Assembly: GCA_021791545.1 (NCBI GenBank)
Contig: JAJYWL010000016.1
Location: 9,533-73,532 of the forward strand
Source of the DNA: a bacterium
GTDB lineage: Bacteria; Patescibacteriota; Microgenomatia; Levybacterales; UBA12049
Direction: 5' to 3'
DNA length: 64,000 bases
The position numbers and the translations under genes were made by a program. Below the pieces are notes generated by a model. That model was given only the letters and a program-made list of their open reading frames with translations, had not been told where the DNA came from and did not search any database. Position 1 is the first letter of the stretch; each line of letters starts with the position of its first letter. Shown piece after piece: positions 49,055 through 58,350 of this stretch.

Positions 49055-49723
49055 ATGCCTGACCTTTTCATTGCTCCCCTTAACAAACAGGAAGAGCCGA
49101 AACAATCGGACGATTTGTTAATGAGTAAATCCTCACTCCCCCTAACCGAACTCCCCAGCAATCTCCATTTGTTCAGCTCTTTTGTAGCAAACCCCAGAGG
49201 AATTCATTTTCAAAATCAGGATTCGGACGAAAAAGTACTTCTTTTCATAAAAAGGGATTTAATAACTAATATCGTATGGGTTGGTATTTCAATCTTATTT
49301 ATCTTTATTCCCATAATTATTGCTGTTGCTTCCCCGTTTATGGGAAACTTTTTGAATTTTCTTCCTGGAAGACATATTTTCTTCTATCTTCTTTTATATT
49401 ACCTTTTTGTCGGAACATATGTCTTTGTTAACTTCTTCACTTGGTATTTCAATATTGCTTTGGTAACAAATAAGAGAATTATAGATGTAGACTTCTCAAG
49501 CCTTGTATATAAAAATGTGGCCGCAACAAAACTTTCCTTGGTACAAGATGTAAGCTATGACCAAGTCGGAATAGTAAGGTCAATTTTTGATTATGGAGAT
49601 ATTTTGGTACAAACCGCAGGGACGCTAGACAACTTTCATTTTGAAGCTGCACCTTCGCCTGAAAACGCAGTCCACATAATCCAGGATCTTATTGGAAAGG
49701 AGGCCAGAAATGGACTTAGTTAA
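49055..49723 (+). CDS. Membrane protein with bacterial PH (bPH_2)-like domain
   Basis: 2 TM helices, VTNKRIID, VQDVS, FDYGDILVQTAG. Confidence 0.8.
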   Translation: MPDLFIAPLNKQEEPKQSDDLLMSKSSLPLTELPSNLHLFSSFVANPRGIHFQNQDSDEKVLLFIKRDLITNIVWVGISILFIFIPIIIAVASPFMGNFLNFLPGRHIFFYLLLYYLFVGTYVFVNFFTWYFNIALVTNKRIIDVDFSSLVYKNVAATKLSLVQDVSYDQVGIVRSIFDYGDILVQTAGTLDNFHFEAAPSPENAVHIIQDLIGKEARNGLS

Positions 49724-49934
49724 TCAAATACTAAATTCATTCATTCTTTTTAAAGCAGCCTTTTTAATACTTAATCTCATTCTAATAGTCTTTCTTCTGG
49801 TCGTACTTCAACAGGTCTTTGCCATGAGCTCGGTAATAACGGACGCTTTTGATTCGGGAATCATAAGAACAGTTGCAATTGCTCTTTTAGTAATATCTGT
49901 TTCGCTTTTTTTGACAGCTCTTGTTATACTATAG
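49710..49934 (+). CDS. Small 2-TM hypothetical protein
   Basis: SD AGGAGG before ATG 49710; hydrophobic. Confidence 0.7.
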   Translation: MDLVNQILNSFILFKAAFLILNLILIVFLLVVLQQVFAMSSVITDAFDSGIIRTVAIALLVISVSLFLTALVIL

Positions 49935-49937
49935 AAA

Positions 49938-51719
49938 ATGGCTGAAACGAACTTAAATTTTGCCAAAATCGTTGCCAACCCCAATGTCTATTCCTGGTCT
50001 CAAGCATATAACGCAGGAAAGCTATTTTCAGTACTTTCGCTTGAGAAATTTGATCAGACAGGCGAAGAAAAGGATTTCTTAGGTGTCTTAGGAAAAGAAA
50101 TCTTTAACACTCTTGAACAGGAATTCTTTACTCTGGAATCAAAAAATCTCGAATCAATAAAAAGTGCCATAAAAACTACTGCGGAAAAAATCCCGGACGG
50201 AGTTAATTGTTCTTTTGTAATAGGATATATTGCCGGAAACATCCTCTACATATTCATCTTGGGAAACGGAAAAGTAGATATCAAAAGAAACGATAAATTG
50301 GGAAACCTCCTCTCCTCCAAAGACAGCAGCAAAGAAAACATAAAAGCTTCCTCAGGATATCTTGAAGAAGGAGATTATATTTTCCTTGAAACGGACCAAT
50401 TCGCAAATATAATTTCTGCGGAAACCCTATCCTCCCACCTTGAGAACAAAAAACCCGAAGAGGTATCGGAAGAGATTGCTCCAATACTTCATGAAAGAGA
50501 AGAAGCTGCGGCAGCAGCCATAATCTTGGAATATAAAGGAGAAGAAAAACCTTCAATCCTTACCGCTCCCATCGAAGAACTGGAAAAACAAGCAGAAAAC
50601 CCCTTCGGAATAGAAAGTTCTCAAGAAAAATCTTCCTCAAAATTCTTGGATTCTGCTAAAACTTTTGCCCTGGGTCTTATATCTAAAATTAAGACTCCAT
50701 CTATTAAGGGCTTCAGTTTCTCGGGCGGCAGAAAAATAATTTTAATAGCTGCAGTCATAATTGTCGCAGTTTTTGTATTCAGCATCTATAAAGGACTTCA
50801 AAAACAACAAAACGATAAATATGAAGCGACTTTCCAGGCTTTTTATCCTCAGGCTCAGAAAAAATATGACGAAGGACAAAGTTTAATGGATCTAAACCAA
50901 AGTTTGGCAAAAGACAGTTTCCAGCAGGCGCAAAAAATCCTCAACGACAATAAAGACAAGTTCCCCGCAAAATCTTCTCAGGAAAAACAGATTCAGGATC
51001 TTCTTTCAAAAGTAAACTCTGCCTTAGGCGGAAGCGGAACTAGCAATCAATCAAATCAGGTAACCCCTGAAGAAGTAGATTCAAGCGTAAGTCCTATTCT
51101 GGCAACAGAGATCAAATATAACTCTTCTTCATACTTTACACAGGACGATCAAAATATATACTTCATAGATTCTGCAGGAATTGAATCTGTAAGTAAACAA
51201 GGAGGAACCAAAAAGAAAATAATAGACTCAAGTGAACTTCCGAAGAATGTAGGCGGCCTTTCTGTATACTACGGCAATTTCTATGTAGTAGATAAAGACG
51301 CAAACCAAATAACCAAATTTATTGCGGCAACCGACGGCTTTGGAAAAACCGACTACCTTAAAGGGACAAACAACATTTCAAACTCGATTTCGATAGCAAT
51401 CGACAGCGACTTATGGCTTCTCCAAAAATCCGGCTCACTTTTACAATTTACCAAAGGAAATAATGATAACTTAAATGTATCCGGGCTTTCCACTCCTCTT
51501 TCATCCCCAACCAGAGTATCTACGACACTAGGAGAAAATAATGTATATATATTGGACAATGGAAATTCAAGAATGGTAGTCTTGGATAAAAAAGGAAACT
51601 TTGTTAATCAGTATCAAGCAGAAATATTAAAACAAGCTAAAGACTTTGAAGTATCGGAAGCAAGTAAAAGAGCTTTTGTTCTCTCCGGAGGAAAAGTCTA
51701 CCAGATAAACCTTAAGTAA
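49938..51719 (+). CDS. Membrane protein with degenerate PP2C-like N-domain and extracellular beta-propeller
   Basis: ILGNGKV...ASSGYLEEGDYIFLETD, one TM helix, NHL-like repeats (FYVVDK, VYILDNGNSRMVVLD). Confidence 0.65.
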   Translation: MAETNLNFAKIVANPNVYSWSQAYNAGKLFSVLSLEKFDQTGEEKDFLGVLGKEIFNTLEQEFFTLESKNLESIKSAIKTTAEKIPDGVNCSFVIGYIAGNILYIFILGNGKVDIKRNDKLGNLLSSKDSSKENIKASSGYLEEGDYIFLETDQFANIISAETLSSHLENKKPEEVSEEIAPILHEREEAAAAAIILEYKGEEKPSILTAPIEELEKQAENPFGIESSQEKSSSKFLDSAKTFALGLISKIKTPSIKGFSFSGGRKIILIAAVIIVAVFVFSIYKGLQKQQNDKYEATFQAFYPQAQKKYDEGQSLMDLNQSLAKDSFQQAQKILNDNKDKFPAKSSQEKQIQDLLSKVNSALGGSGTSNQSNQVTPEEVDSSVSPILATEIKYNSSSYFTQDDQNIYFIDSAGIESVSKQGGTKKKIIDSSELPKNVGGLSVYYGNFYVVDKDANQITKFIAATDGFGKTDYLKGTNNISNSISIAIDSDLWLLQKSGSLLQFTKGNNDNLNVSGLSTPLSSPTRVSTTLGENNVYILDNGNSRMVVLDKKGNFVNQYQAEILKQAKDFEVSEASKRAFVLSGGKVYQINLK

Positions 51720-52176
51720 GCTCCTCTGCGTTATGCACCGGATTTCTTAGTGCCTTATCCATCGCTTCTCTTTGTATGTCTCTGTTAACAACCCATTCGT
51801 CTCTTTTGAGAATAGTCCCTGACCCCATAGGATCTCCCCCTATGATTATTGTCCCGTCAGAAAAGGCCTGAATAACAATTGCATGAAAAAAACAAGGTTC
51901 TGTTGAACTAGTTTCGGGAAAAATATAATGTTTTACGATACTCCCATCGTCTTCTAGCCTTGTTCTTTCTTCAAAAGATCCTCTCTCCTCTTCTCCTAAT
52001 TCTTCCTTCATTTTTTCAAAATATCCTGGAAAGTCTGTGGCAGAAAGCATTAATTTAGATGAATTATGTTTTTGCTCTATTTCCGAAGAAAATCTGTGCT
52101 TTTCAACAAAAAGGTTCAAAGAGAAATGATAGGGGTCTTCTGGCATTCCTCTCTCAATGTCGAATTCGAGGCTCAT
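51712..52176 (-). CDS. Hypothetical protein
   Basis: 154 aa, TATAAT-8-ATG. Confidence 0.65.
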   Translation of the reverse strand: MSLEFDIERGMPEDPYHFSLNLFVEKHRFSSEIEQKHNSSKLMLSATDFPGYFEKMKEELGEEERGSFEERTRLEDDGSIVKHYIFPETSSTEPCFFHAIVIQAFSDGTIIIGGDPMGSGTILKRDEWVVNRDIQREAMDKALRNPVHNAEELT

Positions 52177-52231
52177 TTAAATCGATTATAGTCAGATTTA
52201 CATTTAAAAACAATTAAAGTATTATGTGTTT

Positions 52232-52669
52232 ATGAAAATCACTAATAAAAGAGCATTTTTTGATTATCAGATAACGGAAAAGTTTGAGGCGGGAATCAAC
52301 CTTTACGGATATGAGGTTAAATCCTTAAAGCTTGGACATGCGGACCTTACGGGGTCGTATGTCAAGATTTCGGGAAGCGAGGCTTATCTTATTAACGCCA
52401 AAATCTTCCCTTATGCAGCGGCAAATATTTCTGAATATGACCAGAGAAGAACAAGGAAACTCCTTCTTCATAAAGCCGAACTTATTTCCTTAAAAAATAA
52501 GATTGAGGGGTCTAATAACATGGCTCTTGTACCCATATCTTTCTATACAAAACATAACCTCATAAAAGTAGAAATTGGCCTTGGAAAAGGTAAAAGAAAA
52601 TTCGAGAAAAAAGAGAATATCAAGAAGAAAGATATAGAAAGACAAATTGAACAAGAATTGCAGAGTTAG
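52232..52669 (+). CDS. smpB: SsrA-binding protein
   Basis: NKRAFFDY, EAGI.L.G.EVKS, RTRKLLLH; adjacent to tmRNA. Confidence 0.96.
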   Translation: MKITNKRAFFDYQITEKFEAGINLYGYEVKSLKLGHADLTGSYVKISGSEAYLINAKIFPYAAANISEYDQRRTRKLLLHKAELISLKNKIEGSNNMALVPISFYTKHNLIKVEIGLGKGKRKFEKKENIKKKDIERQIEQELQS

Positions 52670-52719
52670 CTTCAAAAAATTGACTTTTGGCATTAAATTT
52701 GGTATACTCTCAGGCAATT

Positions 52720-53080
52720 GGGGATGCATTGCATCGACAAGAAAGCACATTAAAAAATAGCAAGCAGGCTTCGATTAATAGCCTTAAAACAGAATCAAAA
52801 AATAAATGCTAATCGTAATGATTATGCGTTTGCAAGAATTTACGCTTAAGTAAGTTTTTTCAAACTGTTCTTTACACCTTCTCTCAGTGAGATGTTTAGA
52901 GCATAAACTTAGCTGAGAAATTAATAAGGATTTGGTTAGGCCTTATCGAATTTATCAACCTCCGGCTTTGTTCCTTTCTATTTCAATCGAGAAGAACAGG
53001 GCGACATTAAAGATTGAATAAGCTTGTAGAAGTTTTTTAATAAGATTTCTTGGACTCGGAGTCACTCTCCGACATCTCCA
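52720..53080 (+). ncRNA. ssrA: tmRNA; tag peptide ANRNDYAFARIYA*
   Basis: Acceptor stem GGGGATG/CATCTCC-A with G3:U70; ATAAAT-GCT resume codon at 52808; promoter TTGACT-17-TATACT (52680-52708); directly after smpB. Confidence 0.92.
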
Positions 53081-53085
53081 CAAAT

Positions 53086-53113
53086 AAAACCCGCTTTAAT
53101 CGGCGGGTTTTTT
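53086..53113. terminator. Bidirectional intrinsic terminator between ssrA and comF
   Basis: AAAACCCGC-tttaatcg-GCGGGTTTTTT. Confidence 0.85.
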
Positions 53114-53747
53114 AATGCTCTTTCCTAGTCAAAACAATGCCCACTACCCTTTTTACCCTATTTCTTTTTAAAACTTTTGTCGCTTCTAAAAGAGTTGAGC
53201 CCGACACCCAAACATCATCCACCAGAAAAATGTTCTTATAATAAATATCCTTCTTAATCACAAATTTATCGTTCGCTCCCCTTTCTAGAATATCTGCCTC
53301 TCTGATCCCAAGTTTTTTAGAAAGTTCTTTTGCCAGAAGTTGTGATTGATTGTATCCTCTTTTCCTAAAGCTTTGCCTAAAAAGAGGAACAGGAACAAGA
53401 ATCCATTCCTTACTTAATTCTTTCTCAAACTGTTCGTTTTGAATCAAACTCTCATACATTAACTCGGAGAGAATACCCTTTAGATCTGAAATATAAGGCT
53501 TTTTCTTAAAACTTAAAACAAGCTTCCTGACCACTCTGTTATAAGCTACGGCCGAAAAACATCCGTCTATTGTAAATTTTCTCTTGCATAAAGGATGAGT
53601 AAGTCCGTTAAAAGAAGGCTTTTTGCAGACAAGACAGAAATTTTTAACGTCAAAAGAAAGAAAGGAAAAACATGTCGGGCAAAGGTAAGAACCGAAGCTC
53701 CCGCAAAAAACGCATCTTTTGGGAAATATCCAGTCCAGGATATCCAT
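53112..53747 (-). CDS. comF: ComF family protein (Zn ribbon plus PRTase)
   Basis: FPKRCVFC, LC..C, RGYNQ, LVDDV..SGST. Start revised to 53747, after tRNA-Ser. Confidence 0.9.
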   Translation of the reverse strand: MDILDWIFPKRCVFCGSFGSYLCPTCFSFLSFDVKNFCLVCKKPSFNGLTHPLCKRKFTIDGCFSAVAYNRVVRKLVLSFKKKPYISDLKGILSELMYESLIQNEQFEKELSKEWILVPVPLFRQSFRKRGYNQSQLLAKELSKKLGIREADILERGANDKFVIKKDIYYKNIFLVDDVWVSGSTLLEATKVLKRNRVKRVVGIVLTRKEH

Positions 53748-53748
53748 T

Positions 53749-53840
53749 TGGCGGAGGAGGTGGGATTCGAACCCACGCGAGCCTATTCGACTCAAGGGTT
53801 TAGCAAACCCTCGCAATGGACCATGCTATGCGACTCCTCC
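53749..53840 (-). tRNA. tRNA-Ser(GCT)
   Basis: GGAGGAG...AGGGT-TTGCTAA-ACCCT, long variable arm, CCA encoded. Confidence 0.95.
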
Positions 53841-53889
53841 AGTAAAAAGCATTATAGCCCAAAAAACTGATATAATCTAGTTTGTAGAA

Positions 53890-55680
53890 ATGAGATCAAA
53901 ATACATAAACCTAATCGATACTTTTAAAGTTCCCCTTATAATCTTTCTGGGAATAATCATATATATAGCTTTGGAACTATTGAAACTTCCCCTTCCCGCC
54001 GCGATTGTTGCCGTAACTATCACTCTTTTGGGAAGCTTTAGACTTTTTAAGGAAAGTATCGAAGGATTATTAAAAAAAGACTTTGCCCTTGATTACATAG
54101 CAATTCTTGCAATAGTAGTTTCCCTCATAACAAGAGAATATCTCGTAGCTTCTATTTTAGCCCTTATGATCGAAAGCGGACGAACTCTTGAGGATTACGG
54201 AGTTGCCCAAGCCAAAAAATCTCTTACCAAGCTTGCCGAAAGAATTCCTGATCAGGTAGTCCTATGGGAAAACAAAAAGGCAGGAGCAAAAATAAGCATT
54301 GGCAAGGTTAAAAAAGGAGACATGATCCTTATCCGAAGAGGAGAAGTAATAGGATTAGACGGAATATTGGAATCAGAAGCAGGATTTACGGATGAATCGT
54401 CGCTAACAGGAGAACCCTATACCGTAGAAAAAATAAAAGGAGACCCAATTAGGTCCGGAACAGTAAATGTGGGAGACCCCATTATTATAAAAGTAACAAA
54501 AGTACAAGATGACTCTACATATAAAAAAATAGTTGATCTAGTAAAAAAAGCCCAAGACGAAAAATCCCCTATGGTAAGAATGGCCGATAAATATAGTGGA
54601 GTCTTTACTATAGTGACCTTAGGAATAACAGGATTTGCTTACTTTTTATCAGGTTTTAACCTTGAAAGAGCTCTATCTGTTCTTGTTATAGCAACACCCT
54701 GCCCTCTCATAATCGCAACCCCTATTGCACTTTTAGGAGGAGTTAATTCTGCTTCAAAAAGAAATATTATTGTAAAAAAACTTGCAAGTATAGAAGTTTT
54801 GTCTAGAGCAAAAGCCCTAATCTTTGATAAAACTGGCACTATTACTTTAGGAAAACCAAAAGTAACTGAGTTTGTAAATGAAAGCGACATCAAGGACTCC
54901 GAACTATTAGCAGCATCAGAAGCAATTGAGAGAAATTCTCTTCACCCTTTGGCAAAAGCCATAGTCGACTTTGCAAAAGAAAAGGCAGCAAAGACACTAC
55001 ATGCAGAAAATATAGAAGAAAAGATAGGCCAAGGAATTTCAGGAGTGGTTGACGGAAAAAAGTATAGACTATCAAGACTTGAATCAAAAGAGGGAATGTC
55101 TATAGGAATCTATGACGACGGAAAGCTTTTAGCATTCTTTAGATTTGAAGATGAGATAAAAGAAGAATCAAAAAGCACTATAGAAATACTAAAACAAAGC
55201 GGATTTGAGCTTTTTATTTTTACTGGAGATAAGAAAGAAGCTGCAGAAAAACTCGTGAAAAACCTTAATCTTGACGTACAAATCAAGGCTGAATGCACTC
55301 CTGAGGATAAGCAAGAAGGGATAGAAAAACTTAAAAAAAGCGGAAAAATTACAGCTATGGTAGGAGACGGAATAAACGACGCTCCAGCCCTAGCACTTGC
55401 AGACGTAGGAATGGTTTTCTCAAACGAAGAACAGACAGCAGCCTCAGAAGCAGCAGACATTGTATTCCTTGGGGGAAATTTTTCTCATGTAGTTGAATCA
55501 TTAAACATCGCTAAAAGAACAATAAACATTGCAAAACAAAGTATTTTTGTAGGAATAGGAGTAAGTATCGTGGGAATGGTTTTTGCCTCAGTAGGGCTAA
55601 TTCCTCCTATAGGTGGAGCTTTTATTCAGGAAGCAATAGATGTAGCAGTAATAATAAATGCACTTAGAACAAGTAGGTAA
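53890..55680 (+). CDS. Heavy-metal P1B-type ATPase (P1B-5-like)
   Basis: TGE, TPCP, DKTGT, HP, GDGINDAP, QEAID; no N-terminal metal-binding domain. Confidence 0.9.
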   Translation: MRSKYINLIDTFKVPLIIFLGIIIYIALELLKLPLPAAIVAVTITLLGSFRLFKESIEGLLKKDFALDYIAILAIVVSLITREYLVASILALMIESGRTLEDYGVAQAKKSLTKLAERIPDQVVLWENKKAGAKISIGKVKKGDMILIRRGEVIGLDGILESEAGFTDESSLTGEPYTVEKIKGDPIRSGTVNVGDPIIIKVTKVQDDSTYKKIVDLVKKAQDEKSPMVRMADKYSGVFTIVTLGITGFAYFLSGFNLERALSVLVIATPCPLIIATPIALLGGVNSASKRNIIVKKLASIEVLSRAKALIFDKTGTITLGKPKVTEFVNESDIKDSELLAASEAIERNSLHPLAKAIVDFAKEKAAKTLHAENIEEKIGQGISGVVDGKKYRLSRLESKEGMSIGIYDDGKLLAFFRFEDEIKEESKSTIEILKQSGFELFIFTGDKKEAAEKLVKNLNLDVQIKAECTPEDKQEGIEKLKKSGKITAMVGDGINDAPALALADVGMVFSNEEQTAASEAADIVFLGGNFSHVVESLNIAKRTINIAKQSIFVGIGVSIVGMVFASVGLIPPIGGAFIQEAIDVAVIINALRTSR

Positions 55681-55681
55681 A

Positions 55682-56341
55682 TTATCTTCCTCCCACTAAC
55701 CTTAAAAAGACTATTAGAGCAATATCCATTAAAAGAGGCATTAGAAGAAATAAATCTCCTTTTTTAAAAATTTCCTGTGCATTTTGAGAGGAAAATAAAT
55801 TTCCTAGATATGTAAGTATTGATGGATTAAAAAACAATATTACTAGGAAGATAAGGATAAGAGCGACAAATAATGTAAATGTTCCTTCTATATCTTTTTT
55901 ACTTGAAAACATAGTATTCCCTACCTCTAAAATTACAAAAAAAGAAATTAAATATGCTAGAAAACTATTAAAACTGTTATTTTGAATGTAATAGATTGTT
56001 CCAAAAACAATAACAGAACCAATAATTACAGGAGCAACGCCAATTAATGCCATTCTTATAAAATCAGTCCTTTCTGTTTGGACACTTCCCAACCTCAATC
56101 CTCCATCTACGGTTTTGGGTAAAATATCTATATCTCCAGTTTTTACGAATAAAACTCCTGCTGTAAGAAAATGAGATAGTTCATGAACTATGACTCCGGG
56201 AAGAAAAAATAGGGAAATAAGATAAATTGAAACTTTGGTACTTTTTGTTGCCTTCAAAAATACTTTCATTAATGATCTTGATAAAAGTTTTGCTAGGAAA
56301 AAAAGAAGAATAAATTCAAAAATAAATAAAAGAGGAAACAT
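55682..56341 (-). CDS. M50-like membrane metallopeptidase
   Basis: PGVIVHELSH, LGSV, IGVAP, S..D; multiple TM helices. Confidence 0.75.
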   Translation of the reverse strand: MFPLLFIFEFILLFFLAKLLSRSLMKVFLKATKSTKVSIYLISLFFLPGVIVHELSHFLTAGVLFVKTGDIDILPKTVDGGLRLGSVQTERTDFIRMALIGVAPVIIGSVIVFGTIYYIQNNSFNSFLAYLISFFVILEVGNTMFSSKKDIEGTFTLFVALILIFLVILFFNPSILTYLGNLFSSQNAQEIFKKGDLFLLMPLLMDIALIVFLRLVGGR

Positions 56342-56426
56342 TATTTAAATTCTATCCTTAAAATGTTAGTTAAACAAGTTTTTAAAGTGGCGAATAATCT
56401 TAATTTAAGGTAAAATACAAGCACAC

Positions 56427-56516
<90 letters not shown>

Positions 56517-56561
56517 CTATCAAAGTTGACTTTAAAAGCTCTCATAATATAAAGTTAAAGT

Positions 56562-57092
56562 ATGCCCGCCAAAGGAAGTAAAAGAGAAGAAAAAACAGAA
56601 AATCATCAATATACAAGTACTTTAATTGAATGGAATGCCCCTGGAAGACCTTTTAAAAAGAGGACGAGTCAATTTTATCTAACAGGGCTTCTACTCATGC
56701 TTCTTATAGAAATAATTCTCTTTTTATTTTCCCAGTATATTTTAATGCTCTTGGTATTATCCCTTGTATTTGTAGCTTTTTCTTTAGAAACTGTTCCTCC
56801 TAAAAATTTTTACTACAGAATAAGCACAGAAGGAATTATGGTAGAAGACAGATTTTTGATTTGGGATGAACTTTATGATTTTTATTTTAAAAAAGAGTCT
56901 GGAATAGAAGTCCTTCATGTTGGCACTAAAGCTTTTCTCCCCGGTGAACTTAGCTTAACCTTAAATGAGGAAGACAAGGAGATAATAAAGGAAATCTTAA
57001 TAAATTATCTACCATTCAGAGAATATATAAAACCTACATTCACAGAGAAAGCCGGGGCTTGGCTAGCTAAAAATTTTCCTCTTGAGAAATAA
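56562..57092 (+). CDS. Membrane protein (DUF5673-like)
   Basis: WNAPGRPFKKR, 2 TM helices, ISTEGI...W.EL..F. Confidence 0.7.
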   Translation: MPAKGSKREEKTENHQYTSTLIEWNAPGRPFKKRTSQFYLTGLLLMLLIEIILFLFSQYILMLLVLSLVFVAFSLETVPPKNFYYRISTEGIMVEDRFLIWDELYDFYFKKESGIEVLHVGTKAFLPGELSLTLNEEDKEIIKEILINYLPFREYIKPTFTEKAGAWLAKNFPLEK

Positions 57093-57094
57093 TG

Positions 57095-57181
57095 CGGAGG
57101 GAGGGAGATTCGAACTCCCGGTTGCCTTTCGACAACATTCGCTTTCCAAGCGAACGCACTAGACCACTATGCGACCCCTCC
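57095..57181 (-). tRNA. tRNA-Ser(GGA)
   Basis: TTCGC-TTGGAAA-GCGAA, long variable arm. Confidence 0.95.
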
Positions 57182-57192
57182 AGAAGGCTTAA

Positions 57193-57621
57193 TTATACAA
57201 TATCTAACACTATTTTTTCTGCTTCTTCCCAAGCTTTTTTATCAGATTTGTAAGTTATCCTATCCATTACCTTTTCCATTTCTAACCATTCTACGTTTTC
57301 CATTTCCCAATCATGCTTTGTTATATCTCCACCTAATTCTTCCATTACAAAATAATAAACAGTCTTTTTAATTCTTTCCCCATCCATTGCATACCAATAT
57401 TGAATTGGTTCAATTGGTCTTAAGATTTTACCCTTAACTCCCGTTTCTTCTTCTACTTCTCTAACAGCAGTGTCTTCTTTTTTCTCTCCCTTTATATGAT
57501 CACCTATCCTTCCTTTAGGAAAAACCCAACCATGGTGTCCAGAATGCTGAGAAACAAGAATCATAATCTTTTCTTTTTCTTTTTTAAAAACTATTCCACC
57601 TGCTGAAAATTCAAATTTCAT
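57193..57621 (-). CDS. Nudix hydrolase (Ap4A hydrolase-like)
   Basis: SAGGIVF, WVFPKG, AVREVEEETG. Confidence 0.9.
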   Translation of the reverse strand: MKFEFSAGGIVFKKEKEKIMILVSQHSGHHGWVFPKGRIGDHIKGEKKEDTAVREVEEETGVKGKILRPIEPIQYWYAMDGERIKKTVYYFVMEELGGDITKHDWEMENVEWLEMEKVMDRITYKSDKKAWEEAEKIVLDIV

Positions 57622-58083
57622 TTATTTTCCTTTCAAAAATGTTTGTTTTTTAATATAAAATTTCTTCTTTAAGTAATTTTCTAAAACTCCAAAGCTTGGA
57701 AAATATCTTGGGTGTGGAAGTTTATCAAGACTAAACCATTCCCATTCAGTAATTTCATCTGGCTCCATTACTTTTTCCTCACCTTTCCATTTCTTTGCAG
57801 TCATACCTACTGTTACGAAGTGAGCAAACTCATTCTTAAAATTATGTACAGAAATAACTTTAGGATCAATTATAGTAATTCCCGTTTCCTCTTTTACTTC
57901 TCTTATTGCTCCTTCTTCTAAAGTTTCTCCAAAATCAAGCTTACCGCCTGGTAAACACCATTCTCCTGAACTTCTAAATGAAGAATCAGCTTTATCAGGA
58001 TCAGGATGTCGTCTCCCAAGCAAAACTTTCCCGTTCTTTATTAAAATGACTCCTATTCCTGCACCTACTTTTTTCTTATCCAT
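57622..58083 (-). CDS. Nudix hydrolase (NUDT15/MutT-like)
   Basis: VGAGIGV, LPGGKLDFGETLEEGAIREVKEETG, MEPD...W.WF. Confidence 0.9.
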   Translation of the reverse strand: MDKKKVGAGIGVILIKNGKVLLGRRHPDPDKADSSFRSSGEWCLPGGKLDFGETLEEGAIREVKEETGITIIDPKVISVHNFKNEFAHFVTVGMTAKKWKGEEKVMEPDEITEWEWFSLDKLPHPRYFPSFGVLENYLKKKFYIKKQTFLKGK

Positions 58084-58101
58084 ATTTTACTTCCTTATGT
58101 G

Positions 58102-58188
58102 CGGAGAGGGTGAGATTTGAACTCACGGTTGCCTTTCGACAACAGCGGTTTTCGAAACCGCCGCACTAGGCCACTATGCGACCTCTCC
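58102..58188 (-). tRNA. tRNA-Ser(CGA)
   Basis: GCGGT-TTCGAAA-ACCGC, long variable arm. Confidence 0.95.
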
Positions 58189-58193
58189 GTTTG

Positions 58194-58266
58194 CGTGCCC
58201 GAGAGGAGTCGAACCTCCAACCGCCTGGACCGCAACCAAGTGTTCTATCCATTGAACTACGGGCAC
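58194..58266 (-). tRNA. tRNA-Arg(GCG)
   Basis: GTGCCCG TA GTTCAATGGATAGAAC A CTTGG-TTGCGGT-CCAGG...GTTCGACTC...CGGGCAC G. Confidence 0.92.
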
Positions 58267-58350
58267 ACTCTGACTTGTATTTTACTTTAAAACCTTTCTT
58301 TTAACAAACTTGACAACTTTTTTAAAATAGCTCAAACTAAACTTAAGCAT

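Noticed and set aside
53748-53816. N-terminal extension of ComF
   Set aside because: It is a translation of tRNA-Ser(GCT).
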